Shown in pieces: positions 18,483-27,324 of a DNA stretch of 29,065 nucleotides. Under the pieces are notes generated by a model. The model made no database searches. It saw only the letters and a list, made by a program, of their open reading frames with translations, and was not told where the DNA came from. A program made the translations under genes and the position numbers. Source of the stretch: a virus (Duplodnaviria > Caudoviricetes); the IMG/VR virus record IMGVR_UViG_3300037501_000184, positions 1 through 29,065 of that record. One strand, written 5' to 3'. Position 1 is the first letter of the stretch. Each line of letters begins with the position of its first letter.

Positions 18483-19547
18483 ATGCTGCGTTCGCTTTGG
18501 CATTCCATCTTCCCGCAACCGCAAAGTGATGTCATTACACCGCGCGCTCACGGCATAGACATCAGCAAGTATGACGTTCGGTTCGAGCCGCAAACGGCGA
18601 CCGGTCAACTGGATTTTGTCATTCAGAGGGTGTCGTATAATCTTATGCGTGATGATGCGTTTGAGACGCTCTTGCCGGGCGTGTTGCAGATACCGGTGAG
18701 GGGAGCCTATCATTATCTGCGCTCCTCCACCGATTGGCGGGCGCAGGCGGACGTGTATTTGTCCATCATTCGGGGGTGCGATTATCATTTCAGCGTTTGC
18801 GATTTCGAGGGCGCGTATAATACGCTTTCGACGGCGTTTGCACGCAACGCCTGGCAGTGGATTGATTACGTCGAGCAGAAGACGGGAAGACCCTGCATCA
18901 TATACACGTCGCCGAGTCTGTACAAGTCGTATATATTGCCAACTGGTCTCGATTGGAACCGCATCAAATACTGGCAGGCGCAGTATCCGCCGTCACCCGA
19001 CCCAAACAGCGAGCCGTCACTACCCGCCGGACGCAGAGGATGGACATTTTGGCAGTACACGTCAAAAGGAAACGGGTTATTATACGGATTGGGACGCTCG
19101 ACGGCGGCAGACTTGGACGTGTACAATGGCACGCTGAACGAACTCAAAGTCGAATTTGGAATAAATGATGAGGAGATACCAAACATGACACCTGGAACCG
19201 CAAAAGAAAAATTGGGGAACATCGCCAGACGGCGTTCTGCACCATCACGGTATGGAACCGTATTGGGAGAATATCCGGCATATTCGACGGTTAGTTTCAT
19301 CGAAGTCGTGCCGGTGCAGATTTCCGGCACGGCGGACAAAGGCGGAGAGCAATGGTTGAAATTGACCGACGGAAGTTATGTGAATTACAAATTGTACAAC
19401 TCTAACGGGATACTGACTGAGTATTTTCAGATCCTCTCGCAGCCGGTCGTCCCCCCTCCGCCAGCCGACACCTATGTATTGACCGTCACGGTCACCGATG
19501 ACAAGGGTTATTTTGGATCGGCGGATATTACGATGAAGATGCAATAA
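18483..19547 (+). CDS. Endolysin: GH25 muramidase plus C-terminal SH3b-like cell-wall-binding region
   Basis: GIDISKY, RGAYHY, catalytic D-x-E (CDFEG), IIYT, W.AQY, WTFWQYTS and DLDVYNG are all GH25 hallmarks. Confidence 0.9.
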   Translation: MLRSLWHSIFPQPQSDVITPRAHGIDISKYDVRFEPQTATGQLDFVIQRVSYNLMRDDAFETLLPGVLQIPVRGAYHYLRSSTDWRAQADVYLSIIRGCDYHFSVCDFEGAYNTLSTAFARNAWQWIDYVEQKTGRPCIIYTSPSLYKSYILPTGLDWNRIKYWQAQYPPSPDPNSEPSLPAGRRGWTFWQYTSKGNGLLYGLGRSTAADLDVYNGTLNELKVEFGINDEEIPNMTPGTAKEKLGNIARRRSAPSRYGTVLGEYPAYSTVSFIEVVPVQISGTADKGGEQWLKLTDGSYVNYKLYNSNGILTEYFQILSQPVVPPPPADTYVLTVTVTDDKGYFGSADITMKMQ

Positions 19548-20326
19548 TGGTGATGAAACTGTCTATCTATCTGCTGCACGGTAGAAACAGAGTTTCAATT
19601 CGATTGTTGTCCCCTCCCCCGCCGCCCTTGTCTCGCGTTGTGGCGACGCGCGGCTATGGCGACCCAATCATGATACAGTACATGGGGTTAGACGTGAGAA
19701 TTACCGGAGCGAATTTCAACCATGTGGATTACTGGTCGTCGGAGGGTGTGATGAGTAATGGCGTCCATCGCGCCAATTGGAGCGCCGTCACCCGGTATCA
19801 ACCGCTTGGACGCGCAGAGATGGAGTATCTCAAGTCCATCCAGCCGGGCGACCACCCCATCGAGCAAAAGATGAATTGGCTGGTTGGGGATGCGTCCTCG
19901 TCTTCGCCGTCTCGTCCGTACTGGACGCTGGGCGCTGCGTGGGGCGGCGCGTGGATGGCATTTCGATTTGGCACGATGGTGTTCGGTCATAGTCGTATTC
20001 GGGTTCACGCGAACCCGGATGGTTCGCTGAAGATTTTTCGTGTTTTGACGCAATACAAAGACGGCGATGTATGGCGGACGGGTGAACTGGAGTTTCTGCA
20101 AGTCGACGGCTTCAAGCCGCACATGATGGATAAGAACAGGTATCCTGTCGAATGGCTGCTGGAGAATGCCTATATACAGCAGGCGACGGAGGCGTATGCC
20201 GGCAACGCGATAGGCTATGAGCCGCGCGGCGTGTTATATCATCCTGTCTGGGATGTTACATCGTATCCGTCCAACTACGGCACGGCGTTGTACATTGCCA
20301 GGTTTTGCGTCGTCGAGCAGCCATGA
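19547..20326 (+). CDS. Hypothetical protein (aromatic-rich, poly-Pro near N-terminus)
   Basis: 259 aa, coupled to the endolysin by a TAATG overlap. No family recognised. Confidence 0.65.
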   Translation: MVMKLSIYLLHGRNRVSIRLLSPPPPPLSRVVATRGYGDPIMIQYMGLDVRITGANFNHVDYWSSEGVMSNGVHRANWSAVTRYQPLGRAEMEYLKSIQPGDHPIEQKMNWLVGDASSSSPSRPYWTLGAAWGGAWMAFRFGTMVFGHSRIRVHANPDGSLKIFRVLTQYKDGDVWRTGELEFLQVDGFKPHMMDKNRYPVEWLLENAYIQQATEAYAGNAIGYEPRGVLYHPVWDVTSYPSNYGTALYIARFCVVEQP

Positions 20327-21177
20327 GCCTAGTCAGCGTCATTATCCCCTCGCGCAATGAGCGTTTCCTGCCACAGACTGTCCGTGACCTGTTGAGGAAT
20401 GGAACGGACATTGAAGTCATTGCCGTTTTGGACGGCTATTGGGAACACAACCTGCCTTATGACGACAGGCGGCTGAAAATCATCCATCGCGGTAAGCCGA
20501 GAGGGATGCGGGACGCCATCAATTCCGCCGCCGCCATTGCACAGGGCGAATGGTTGATGAAGACCGACGCGCATTGCATGTTTGGGGAGGGCTTTGACAT
20601 CATCCTTGCCGCCGACTGTGACGACAATTGGGTCGTCATCCCTCGCAGGTACTCGCTGGATGCGGAGAAGTGGGAACGTGCCCCGAAGGAACCGATTGAC
20701 GCCATGCACTATTTCTACCCGTATGCCCATCCCGACGATTTGGGACTGCATGGACGCCCCTGGTATCAACGCGGACGGGAACGCAAGGACACCCTGATTG
20801 ACGAAGATATGACCTTCCAAGGTTCGTGTTGGTTCATGCATCGAGACCATTTTTTCAAGCGTTTGGGCGGATTGTCTGAAATTGGTTATGAGACCTTCAT
20901 GGGCGAACCGCAGGAGATTGGTTTAAAAACCCAATTGGGTCAATGGGAGGGCAAGGTCATCCGCAGCAAGAAGACATGGTATGCCCATCTCCACAAGGGC
21001 AGGACCTATGGGCGGATGTATTCGTTCAGTCAGGCGGAGCGTGTACGCGGCAACGCCCATTCGTTCGATTTTTGGTGGAACAATCGCTGGACGGAGCGCA
21101 AACACGATTTGGAATGGCTGATTGAGCGCTTCATGCCCATGCCGGGCTGGCCGGAGGATTGGCGCAATGCTCATTAG
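20323..21177 (+). CDS. GT-A glycosyltransferase resembling polypeptide GalNAc-transferases
   Basis: VSVIIPSRNE, EVIAVLDG, GMRDAIN, DxH motif (KTDAHC), QGSCWFM, GEPQEIGLK and WYAHL. ATG 20323 overlaps the upstream stop. Confidence 0.85.
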   Translation: MSLVSVIIPSRNERFLPQTVRDLLRNGTDIEVIAVLDGYWEHNLPYDDRRLKIIHRGKPRGMRDAINSAAAIAQGEWLMKTDAHCMFGEGFDIILAADCDDNWVVIPRRYSLDAEKWERAPKEPIDAMHYFYPYAHPDDLGLHGRPWYQRGRERKDTLIDEDMTFQGSCWFMHRDHFFKRLGGLSEIGYETFMGEPQEIGLKTQLGQWEGKVIRSKKTWYAHLHKGRTYGRMYSFSQAERVRGNAHSFDFWWNNRWTERKHDLEWLIERFMPMPGWPEDWRNAH

Positions 21178-21844
21178 CCTGTGTACCCCGGTGATGAACC
21201 GTCTTGCCGACCTGAAACGGACGATGCCCTGCCGCATTGAGGCGGCAATGAACAGTCTGCCGGTCGAGTTTTGCATCCTCGACTACGGCTCAAGGGACGG
21301 CTTAAAGGACTACATGGATGAGTTGTCCCTGTCCCTGCCGTCGGAAATCATCCTGAAATATGCCCGCTACGAAGCGAATTATTACCATCAGGCACACGCC
21401 TATAATCTGGCTGTGCTGATGGCTTCGGGTGAGTATTTCTCCCTGATGGGAGCGGACACCTATCCGAATATCGAATATTTCGCCTATGTGCGGTGGTGGG
21501 CGAAATCCGGCCATGTGTGGATGGAGGAGCCTCGTTACAGGGGCGCGATTGCCTGCAAGTTTGATGAGTTCGTCGCGGCCGGCGGATTTGATGAGCGCTT
21601 TGAGTTTTACGGACCGGAAGACCGTGAACTGGCGGACAGGCTGGCGCGGCGCGGACTAAAAAAGGCGACCTTGCCGCGCGGGTGTATTGGCAGCTTCTAC
21701 ACGCCCGATGACGTGAAGATGTCGAACTACCGCCTGAAATTGACAAAGGAGGAGGCGTCCAGAATGATGCGTCCATACTATGTCGAAAGTGTCGAGAATG
21801 AAACACTGGCTGCCAACCCGAACGGATGGGGACGATGGACTTGA
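21167..21844 (+). CDS. GT2-like glycosyltransferase with a galactosyltransferase (GT7_C-like) C-terminal motif
   Basis: ISLCTPVMNR, ILDYGSRDG, AYNLA and GGFDERFEFYGPEDRELADRL. GGAGGA SD before ATG 21167. Confidence 0.82.
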   Translation: MLISLCTPVMNRLADLKRTMPCRIEAAMNSLPVEFCILDYGSRDGLKDYMDELSLSLPSEIILKYARYEANYYHQAHAYNLAVLMASGEYFSLMGADTYPNIEYFAYVRWWAKSGHVWMEEPRYRGAIACKFDEFVAAGGFDERFEFYGPEDRELADRLARRGLKKATLPRGCIGSFYTPDDVKMSNYRLKLTKEEASRMMRPYYVESVENETLAANPNGWGRWT

Positions 21845-23433
21845 GCATCCTCATTCCTGCCCGCAACGAAATGTTCCTGTCCCGCACGGTGCAGGATATT
21901 TTGGAGCATATCGAAGCCGACACGGAGGTCGTTGTCGCTTTGGACGGCGCGATGGCAGACCCGCCTTTGCCGCAGCAGGAGCGCGTGACCGTGCTGTACT
22001 TCCCCGAAAGCATTGGCCAGCGCGCCGCCACGAACCGCGCGGCGGCGATTGCCAAAGGCAGATATCTGATGAAAGTGGACGCACATTGCGCCTTCGCGCA
22101 GGGATTCGACCGCGTACTCCTGGCGGACATGCAGCCGGACTGGACGGTCGTGCCGACCATGAAGAACCTGCATGCCTTCGATTGGGTGTGCAAGGACTGC
22201 GGGCATCGTACCTATCAGGGTGGGAAACGGTGCGAAGAATGCAAGGGTGTGAACGTCGAAATGGATGTGGTCTGGATTGCCAAGCCATCGCCAAATTCAA
22301 CGGCCTATCGTTTTGACAATACGATGCATTTTCGGTATTGGGGGGAGTACGCCAAGCGTCCCGAAGCGCAGGGAGATTTGTCGGAGACCATGAGTTTGCA
22401 GGGGTCATGCTGGATGGTCAGCCGTGAAAAATATTTTGAACTCAATTTGTGCGATGAAGCCTTTGGCTCATGGGGACAACAAGGTGTTGAGGTGGCGTGC
22501 AAAACATGGTTGTCCGGCGGGCGCGTGATGGTCAACAAAAAGACCTGGTATGCGCACATGTTTCGCACGCAGGAGGGCTTCACATTTCCCTATCCGTTGA
22601 GCGGCGGTCAAGTCCAAAAAGCCCGTGAACTTTCACGGGAATTGTTCATGCACGACAAATGGCCGGGAGCCAAACGGCCTTTTCAGTGGCTGCTTGACCA
22701 TTTTGCACCCGTCCCCGATTGGGAGCAGCCCGGCGGTTCGAGCGCGGGCATTGTGTACTATACGGATAACCGATTGCCGGACGAGATTGCCTTGACGTGC
22801 CAAAGACAATTGCGGAAGGCGGCGAACGGTATGCGGATTGTGTCGGTGTCCCTGAAGCCGCTGGACTTTGGCGACAATATCGTCTTGCCGCTGGAGCGCG
22901 GCTGCCTGACCATGTTCAGGCAGATATTGGCGGGCTTAAAGGAACTTGAAACGGACTATGTGTTTTTTGCCGAGCATGACGTGATGTATCACCCGTCCCA
23001 TTTCCAGTTCCGCCCGCCTCGGCGTGACGTGTATTATTACAACACGAACGTATGGAAGCAACGCTGGAGTGACGGTCATGCCTTGTACACGGAGGAGTGC
23101 CGCCAGACCAGCGGACTGTGCGCCGACCGCAAATTTCTCATCCGCCACTATGAGGAACGGGTCAGGAGAACCGAAGCCAAGTGGAAGGAATTGGGTGACA
23201 GCCGCGCCTTCCGCGATTGGATACGCCGGCAGGGATTTGAGCCGGGAACGCACAACCGCCCGGAGCGCGTGGATGATTTCAAGGCGGAGAGTTGGCGGTC
23301 GGAAGTTCCGAATGTGGACATCCGCCATGACCTCAATTTGACGCCGAGCAGATGGCATAAGGACGAGTTTCGCAGCCAGCGATACACGAGAGGATGGACG
23401 GAAGCGCAAGCCGTCCCCGGATGGAGTGATTGA
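21835..23433 (+). CDS. Two-domain glycosyltransferase: ppGalNAc-T-like domain with a Zn-ribbon insert, plus a second GT-A-like domain
   Basis: LSILIPARNE, KVDAHC and WGQQGVEVACKTWLSGG...WYAHMFR. Insert CKDC...CEEC. Second domain IVYYTDN...FFAEHDVMYHPSHF. Confidence 0.82.
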   Translation: MDLSILIPARNEMFLSRTVQDILEHIEADTEVVVALDGAMADPPLPQQERVTVLYFPESIGQRAATNRAAAIAKGRYLMKVDAHCAFAQGFDRVLLADMQPDWTVVPTMKNLHAFDWVCKDCGHRTYQGGKRCEECKGVNVEMDVVWIAKPSPNSTAYRFDNTMHFRYWGEYAKRPEAQGDLSETMSLQGSCWMVSREKYFELNLCDEAFGSWGQQGVEVACKTWLSGGRVMVNKKTWYAHMFRTQEGFTFPYPLSGGQVQKARELSRELFMHDKWPGAKRPFQWLLDHFAPVPDWEQPGGSSAGIVYYTDNRLPDEIALTCQRQLRKAANGMRIVSVSLKPLDFGDNIVLPLERGCLTMFRQILAGLKELETDYVFFAEHDVMYHPSHFQFRPPRRDVYYYNTNVWKQRWSDGHALYTEECRQTSGLCADRKFLIRHYEERVRRTEAKWKELGDSRAFRDWIRRQGFEPGTHNRPERVDDFKAESWRSEVPNVDIRHDLNLTPSRWHKDEFRSQRYTRGWTEAQAVPGWSD

Positions 23434-26400
23434 TGGCGACCCCGACTATCACCGGTAGTGTAGTAGTCATTCAGAGCAGCGCTGCCAGCGGCAGCCAGAA
23501 CGTCGCCGTGCCGAGCGACGCAAAACTGGCATTGGTTTTGACATCGTATTTCGCCACTGGCGTACCCGGCTATTCGTCCCTATCGTTGGGCGGGAACGCA
23601 TTCACGTTTGACGTAAAAAACGCCAGCGATTCGTACGAGTGTTCGAGCATCTACCATCTCGCCAATCCGCCGGCAGGCACGCAGTCGTTTGCATGGAGTT
23701 GGGCGGCTGCTCCCGAAAACGGCGCGCATATTTTCATCGTGTTTCTGAGGGACGTTGACACGTCCAGTCCAGTCCGTGCCAGCGCGTATGGACAGGATTT
23801 CGGGTCTACAACCACAAGCGCATTTTCGACCAGCGTTGAAGATTTGTGTGTCGCCGTGTTTTCGGGATACGGTGCAACCGCCTGTGACATGGGCGTGAGC
23901 GGGCAAACAGAAGTTGCGGATGATGGCGTTTTTAACAATACATACGGGGCGGTGGGAACGAAACCGGGCGTCAGCGGCACGACTACGATGACATCATCGG
24001 CGACCGGCTCCGGCATGGCGAATTCCATCTGTGCCGTTTCGGTTCCGTATGCGGCAGGCGGACCGACGGCAACTGTCACGCAGAGCGCATTTCGCTTTGG
24101 GGAGGATGACGGAAGCGAATCGGCGCACGGCTGGGCGGTTGCCGAGAATACGAATATTACAACGCCGGTAGGCACAGCGAAATTGCTGCGCCTGCAACTT
24201 GACACCACGAATGACAAAGGCGCGGCAGCATACAAACTCAAATACCAGAAGAATGGAACAGGCGGATACGTAGACGTTCCGATTGGCGCGGGGCAGAGCG
24301 AGCAGCTTGCGCAGCCGACATTCGGCGCAATCGGAACGGGGTCGAGTGGCACGACATCATGCTCCCCATCGTATCCGACTGGCATCTCTTCCGCAACGAG
24401 CAAGTTGTTTTGTGTCGTCACTGGACGGAGCAGCACAGCCAATACCGCGCCGACCATGCCGTCCGGGTGGACACGCATTGGAGGATTGGAGGACGGTACG
24501 GGCGCATGGGGCGTTGATACCGGCACGCGCCGCGTGGACATATTCCAAAAGGACACCGTAGACGGAACGGAAAGCGGAACCGTAACGGTATCATTGGCAG
24601 GCACGACCAGTAATACCCTGCGCGCCAGCATCATACGCGTGGAGGTGCCAGGCGGATATGGGATTGACGCTGCACTTGGGACAGGGGCGGATACCAGCAG
24701 CGACACATCATACTCCGCCGCGTCGTCAACCAGTTTGGACTTGGACGCCAACCGGCTGGTCGTTATTGTGACGGCGCAGAATCTTGACTCTGGCACGGCA
24801 TCCTCACGCACCGTCAGTGCAAGCGGAATCACATTCGGGGCAATCACCAACAGGGCTGACACTGCCGTCACCAACGGCAACGACCACCGTCACATCATCA
24901 ACAGCGTGCCGGTGTCGAGCGGCAGCGGAACGGCTGCCCCGGCATTCTCCTATACCGTCAGCGCGTCAGCGTCAGGTCCAACGGCGTTTCTCGTTTTGCG
25001 CGCGCGGCTTCCGGAGATTGTCAACGATATTTATGTCAGCGCGTCGCCGAATATCGCGGCGGGCGGCGAGAATACCACCGCCCGCCTGACTGCGCCCGGC
25101 GGAAAATCGGGCAATTTCACAACGGGCAGGCGTTGGGATGATGAAAACGGAACGGACACCATTGACATCGCTGCCGACTGGTACACGGAGGTCGAGTGGT
25201 CGCTGGCTGTACGGAGCGGACTGACGGACGGTGATTATTTCGATTTGCGTGTATATGACAATAACACTGCGCTGGACACGTACTCACAGACGCCGCGCTG
25301 GACAATTGGGACAGTTGGCAGTCCGTCATCCTCTGTCAGCCTGTCTGTCTCGCCGTCTGTGTCGCCGTCAGTGTCTCCGTCAGTAAGTCCATCAATATCA
25401 CCGTCACCATCACCGAGTTCGTCGGTGTCGCCGTCCGTCAGCCCGTCGGCAAGTTTATCGCCGAGTTCAAGCGTTTCCCCCTCTGTCAGCCCGTCGGCTA
25501 GCGTAAGTCCGTCTGTCAGTCCATCTGCATCGCCGTCTGTTTCACCGAGTGTTTCCCCGTCACTGTCTCCAAGTTCAAGCGTTTCGCCGTCTCCATCACC
25601 GAGTTCATCACCGTCCGTATCTCCAAGTCCCAGCATGCCGGATACGCATGCTGTTTTAGTGGGTGAGGGCTATACGGACGGTTCGATGCGTCAAATCGTC
25701 AGGACAAGTACGAATTATGTTTACACCATCGCGCCGAATTGTGACGACTATCCAGATTTTTCGGCGAACGGTTTGACGCAAACGATTCGCATTTTCAAAG
25801 GCAATACAACCGGCATCCCGTCTGGATTTTCGCGCAAGGACAGCGCCAATGAACCCGCGGCAGTGGTCGGCTGCGCTGCGGCGATTGACGGTGACGATAA
25901 TATTCATGTCGTGTGGAGCGCACGCAGTTCGATAAATTTGACGCGCTATTTGCGGTATGCTGTGTTCGACACCGGCACGGACACATGGGGGAGTGTCACG
26001 ACGATTGCATCCAATCTGGATTATGACGATATTGGGCAGGGGGATGAAAACACGGCCATTGCCATTGATGCCAGCAACAAGGCGCACATCCTATTTTTGA
26101 GTACCAACGGGAGTGGGAATATAGAGGACAGACGCATCTACTACACAAATAACGTCAGCGGCTCCTGGGCGGCCCCTGCACGCGTGGATGGCGACATCAC
26201 ATACAGCGGAAACAAAGCCTGGCATCCGGGCATAGAGTTTGACGCGAACGGGAGGGTTGTCGTCGTATGGGTGCGCGGCAATCTCAACACGAACGGCACC
26301 GGTACGGTGTTCGTCAGGACGCGGGAAACCAGCGGCTCGTGGAATGCAAGCGTTCAGGTGTACTCGCCAGTTGAGGAGGGAATTGATTTCTGCGTCAGTC

Positions 26401-27317
26401 TGGCCGTCATCGGCAGTCGTTATCATCTGGCATGCAGTGGAACGAAAACGAGCGACTGGCAGCCGATACGCTATTTCTACTCCGATGATGGCGGTTCGAC
26501 GTGGACGGCAAACCATCCGCCTGTATCGCAAACCCACAACGTCACGATGGGTCTTGGCAATAACGGCGGGGTACGGCTGTACTATCACGACAACACCTCC
26601 CTGCCAAACGATGTGAGTATCATGTACATTGAGGGCCCCGGAGGAAGCGGAGCGTGGGGAAGTGAAACGTTGTATTCTGCCGGCAAGTTTGACTGCACCG
26701 TCAATGTTCGCTGGAGCCGGTATCATTTTAATTATCCATCCATTTCGGACATTGGATATTGGGAGCAGTTCTACCCAAACCATTTGTATTATGGCGGCGA
26801 TACGTTGACGGGCATTGGTTCTCCGAGTTCGTCTGTTTCTCCGAGCGTCTCGCCTTCCTTGTCTCCAAGTGCCAGCGTCAGCCCATCGGCAAGTTCCAGT
26901 CCATCGCTGAGTCTGTCGCCGTCCAGTTCGGCCAGCCCAAGTACATCACCAAGCATTTCACCTTCCGCAAGCGTGAGTGCCAGTGCATCGGCGTCGGTGT
27001 CGCCGTCTATCAGTCCGTCTGTCTCTCCTTCGGTAAGCCCGTCGGTGTCACCCAGCGCGAGCGCGAGCGTAAGCGTCAGCGCGTCGGCGAGTATTTCACC
27101 GTCCGCAAGTGTCAGCCCGTCATTGTCGCCGAGCGCGAGCCTGTCGCCCTCGAGTTCTGAGAGCGTGTCGGCGTCGGCAAGCCAGAGTGCCAGCCCAAGC
27201 CCAAGCACAACGCTTGACATCGATATCGAATTCATACAGGAAATTCCGATGGGGGTTGAATGGATGGCAGAATTGAAAAAGCAAATAGCGTTCGTCCAAA
27301 CTCTGGACGGGAAGTGA
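23433..27317 (+). CDS. Large multidomain putative virion/adhesion protein with two mucin-like Ser/Pro tracts and a BNR/Asp-box propeller-like domain
   Basis: TGATG coupling with the upstream GT. S/T/G-rich beta domains, SPSV/SPSA repeats, repeated AID..D.IHVVW blades and Asp-box YSDDGGSTW. Confidence 0.75.
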   Translation: MATPTITGSVVVIQSSAASGSQNVAVPSDAKLALVLTSYFATGVPGYSSLSLGGNAFTFDVKNASDSYECSSIYHLANPPAGTQSFAWSWAAAPENGAHIFIVFLRDVDTSSPVRASAYGQDFGSTTTSAFSTSVEDLCVAVFSGYGATACDMGVSGQTEVADDGVFNNTYGAVGTKPGVSGTTTMTSSATGSGMANSICAVSVPYAAGGPTATVTQSAFRFGEDDGSESAHGWAVAENTNITTPVGTAKLLRLQLDTTNDKGAAAYKLKYQKNGTGGYVDVPIGAGQSEQLAQPTFGAIGTGSSGTTSCSPSYPTGISSATSKLFCVVTGRSSTANTAPTMPSGWTRIGGLEDGTGAWGVDTGTRRVDIFQKDTVDGTESGTVTVSLAGTTSNTLRASIIRVEVPGGYGIDAALGTGADTSSDTSYSAASSTSLDLDANRLVVIVTAQNLDSGTASSRTVSASGITFGAITNRADTAVTNGNDHRHIINSVPVSSGSGTAAPAFSYTVSASASGPTAFLVLRARLPEIVNDIYVSASPNIAAGGENTTARLTAPGGKSGNFTTGRRWDDENGTDTIDIAADWYTEVEWSLAVRSGLTDGDYFDLRVYDNNTALDTYSQTPRWTIGTVGSPSSSVSLSVSPSVSPSVSPSVSPSISPSPSPSSSVSPSVSPSASLSPSSSVSPSVSPSASVSPSVSPSASPSVSPSVSPSLSPSSSVSPSPSPSSSPSVSPSPSMPDTHAVLVGEGYTDGSMRQIVRTSTNYVYTIAPNCDDYPDFSANGLTQTIRIFKGNTTGIPSGFSRKDSANEPAAVVGCAAAIDGDDNIHVVWSARSSINLTRYLRYAVFDTGTDTWGSVTTIASNLDYDDIGQGDENTAIAIDASNKAHILFLSTNGSGNIEDRRIYYTNNVSGSWAAPARVDGDITYSGNKAWHPGIEFDANGRVVVVWVRGNLNTNGTGTVFVRTRETSGSWNASVQVYSPVEEGIDFCVSLAVIGSRYHLACSGTKTSDWQPIRYFYSDDGGSTWTANHPPVSQTHNVTMGLGNNGGVRLYYHDNTSLPNDVSIMYIEGPGGSGAWGSETLYSAGKFDCTVNVRWSRYHFNYPSISDIGYWEQFYPNHLYYGGDTLTGIGSPSSSVSPSVSPSLSPSASVSPSASSSPSLSLSPSSSASPSTSPSISPSASVSASASASVSPSISPSVSPSVSPSVSPSASASVSVSASASISPSASVSPSLSPSASLSPSSSESVSASASQSASPSPSTTLDIDIEFIQEIPMGVEWMAELKKQIAFVQTLDGK
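25320..25634 (+). repeat. Ser/Pro low-complexity tract 1 (~105 aa, SPS[V/A/L/I/S])
   Basis: Translation SPSSSVSLSVSPSVSPSVSPSVSPSISPSPSPSSSVSPSV…; synonymous codons are diversified. Confidence 0.95.
26820..27206 (+). repeat. Ser/Pro/Ala low-complexity tract 2 (~129 aa)
   Basis: Translation SPSSSVSPSVSPSLSPSASVSPSASSSPSLSLSPSSSASPS…. Confidence 0.95.
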
Positions 27318-27324
27318 GGCAAGC

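Noticed and set aside
20323-23433. GTs as DNA-hypermodification or serotype-conversion enzymes
   Set aside because: No base-hydroxylase/hydroxymethylase or GtrA/GtrB-like membrane components are nearby, the GTs lack TM segments, and they sit in the late structural operon. This is disfavoured but not excluded.
23651-24880. 409-aa minus-strand ORF and other long antisense ORFs (e.g. 5754-6581, 5950-6762, 10223-11050, 14054-14878)
   Set aside because: They fully overlap well-supported + strand genes, show no motifs, and are expected from codon bias.
25235-25636. Minus-strand ORF with GDTDGLT repeats (also 26789-27334)
   Set aside because: It is the antisense shadow of the Ser/Pro tracts, has no SD, and lies within a coupled + strand gene.
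25320-27206. Possible CRISPR array or DNA tandem repeat
   Set aside because: There is no constant DNA repeat with unique spacers. The repetition exists only at protein level.
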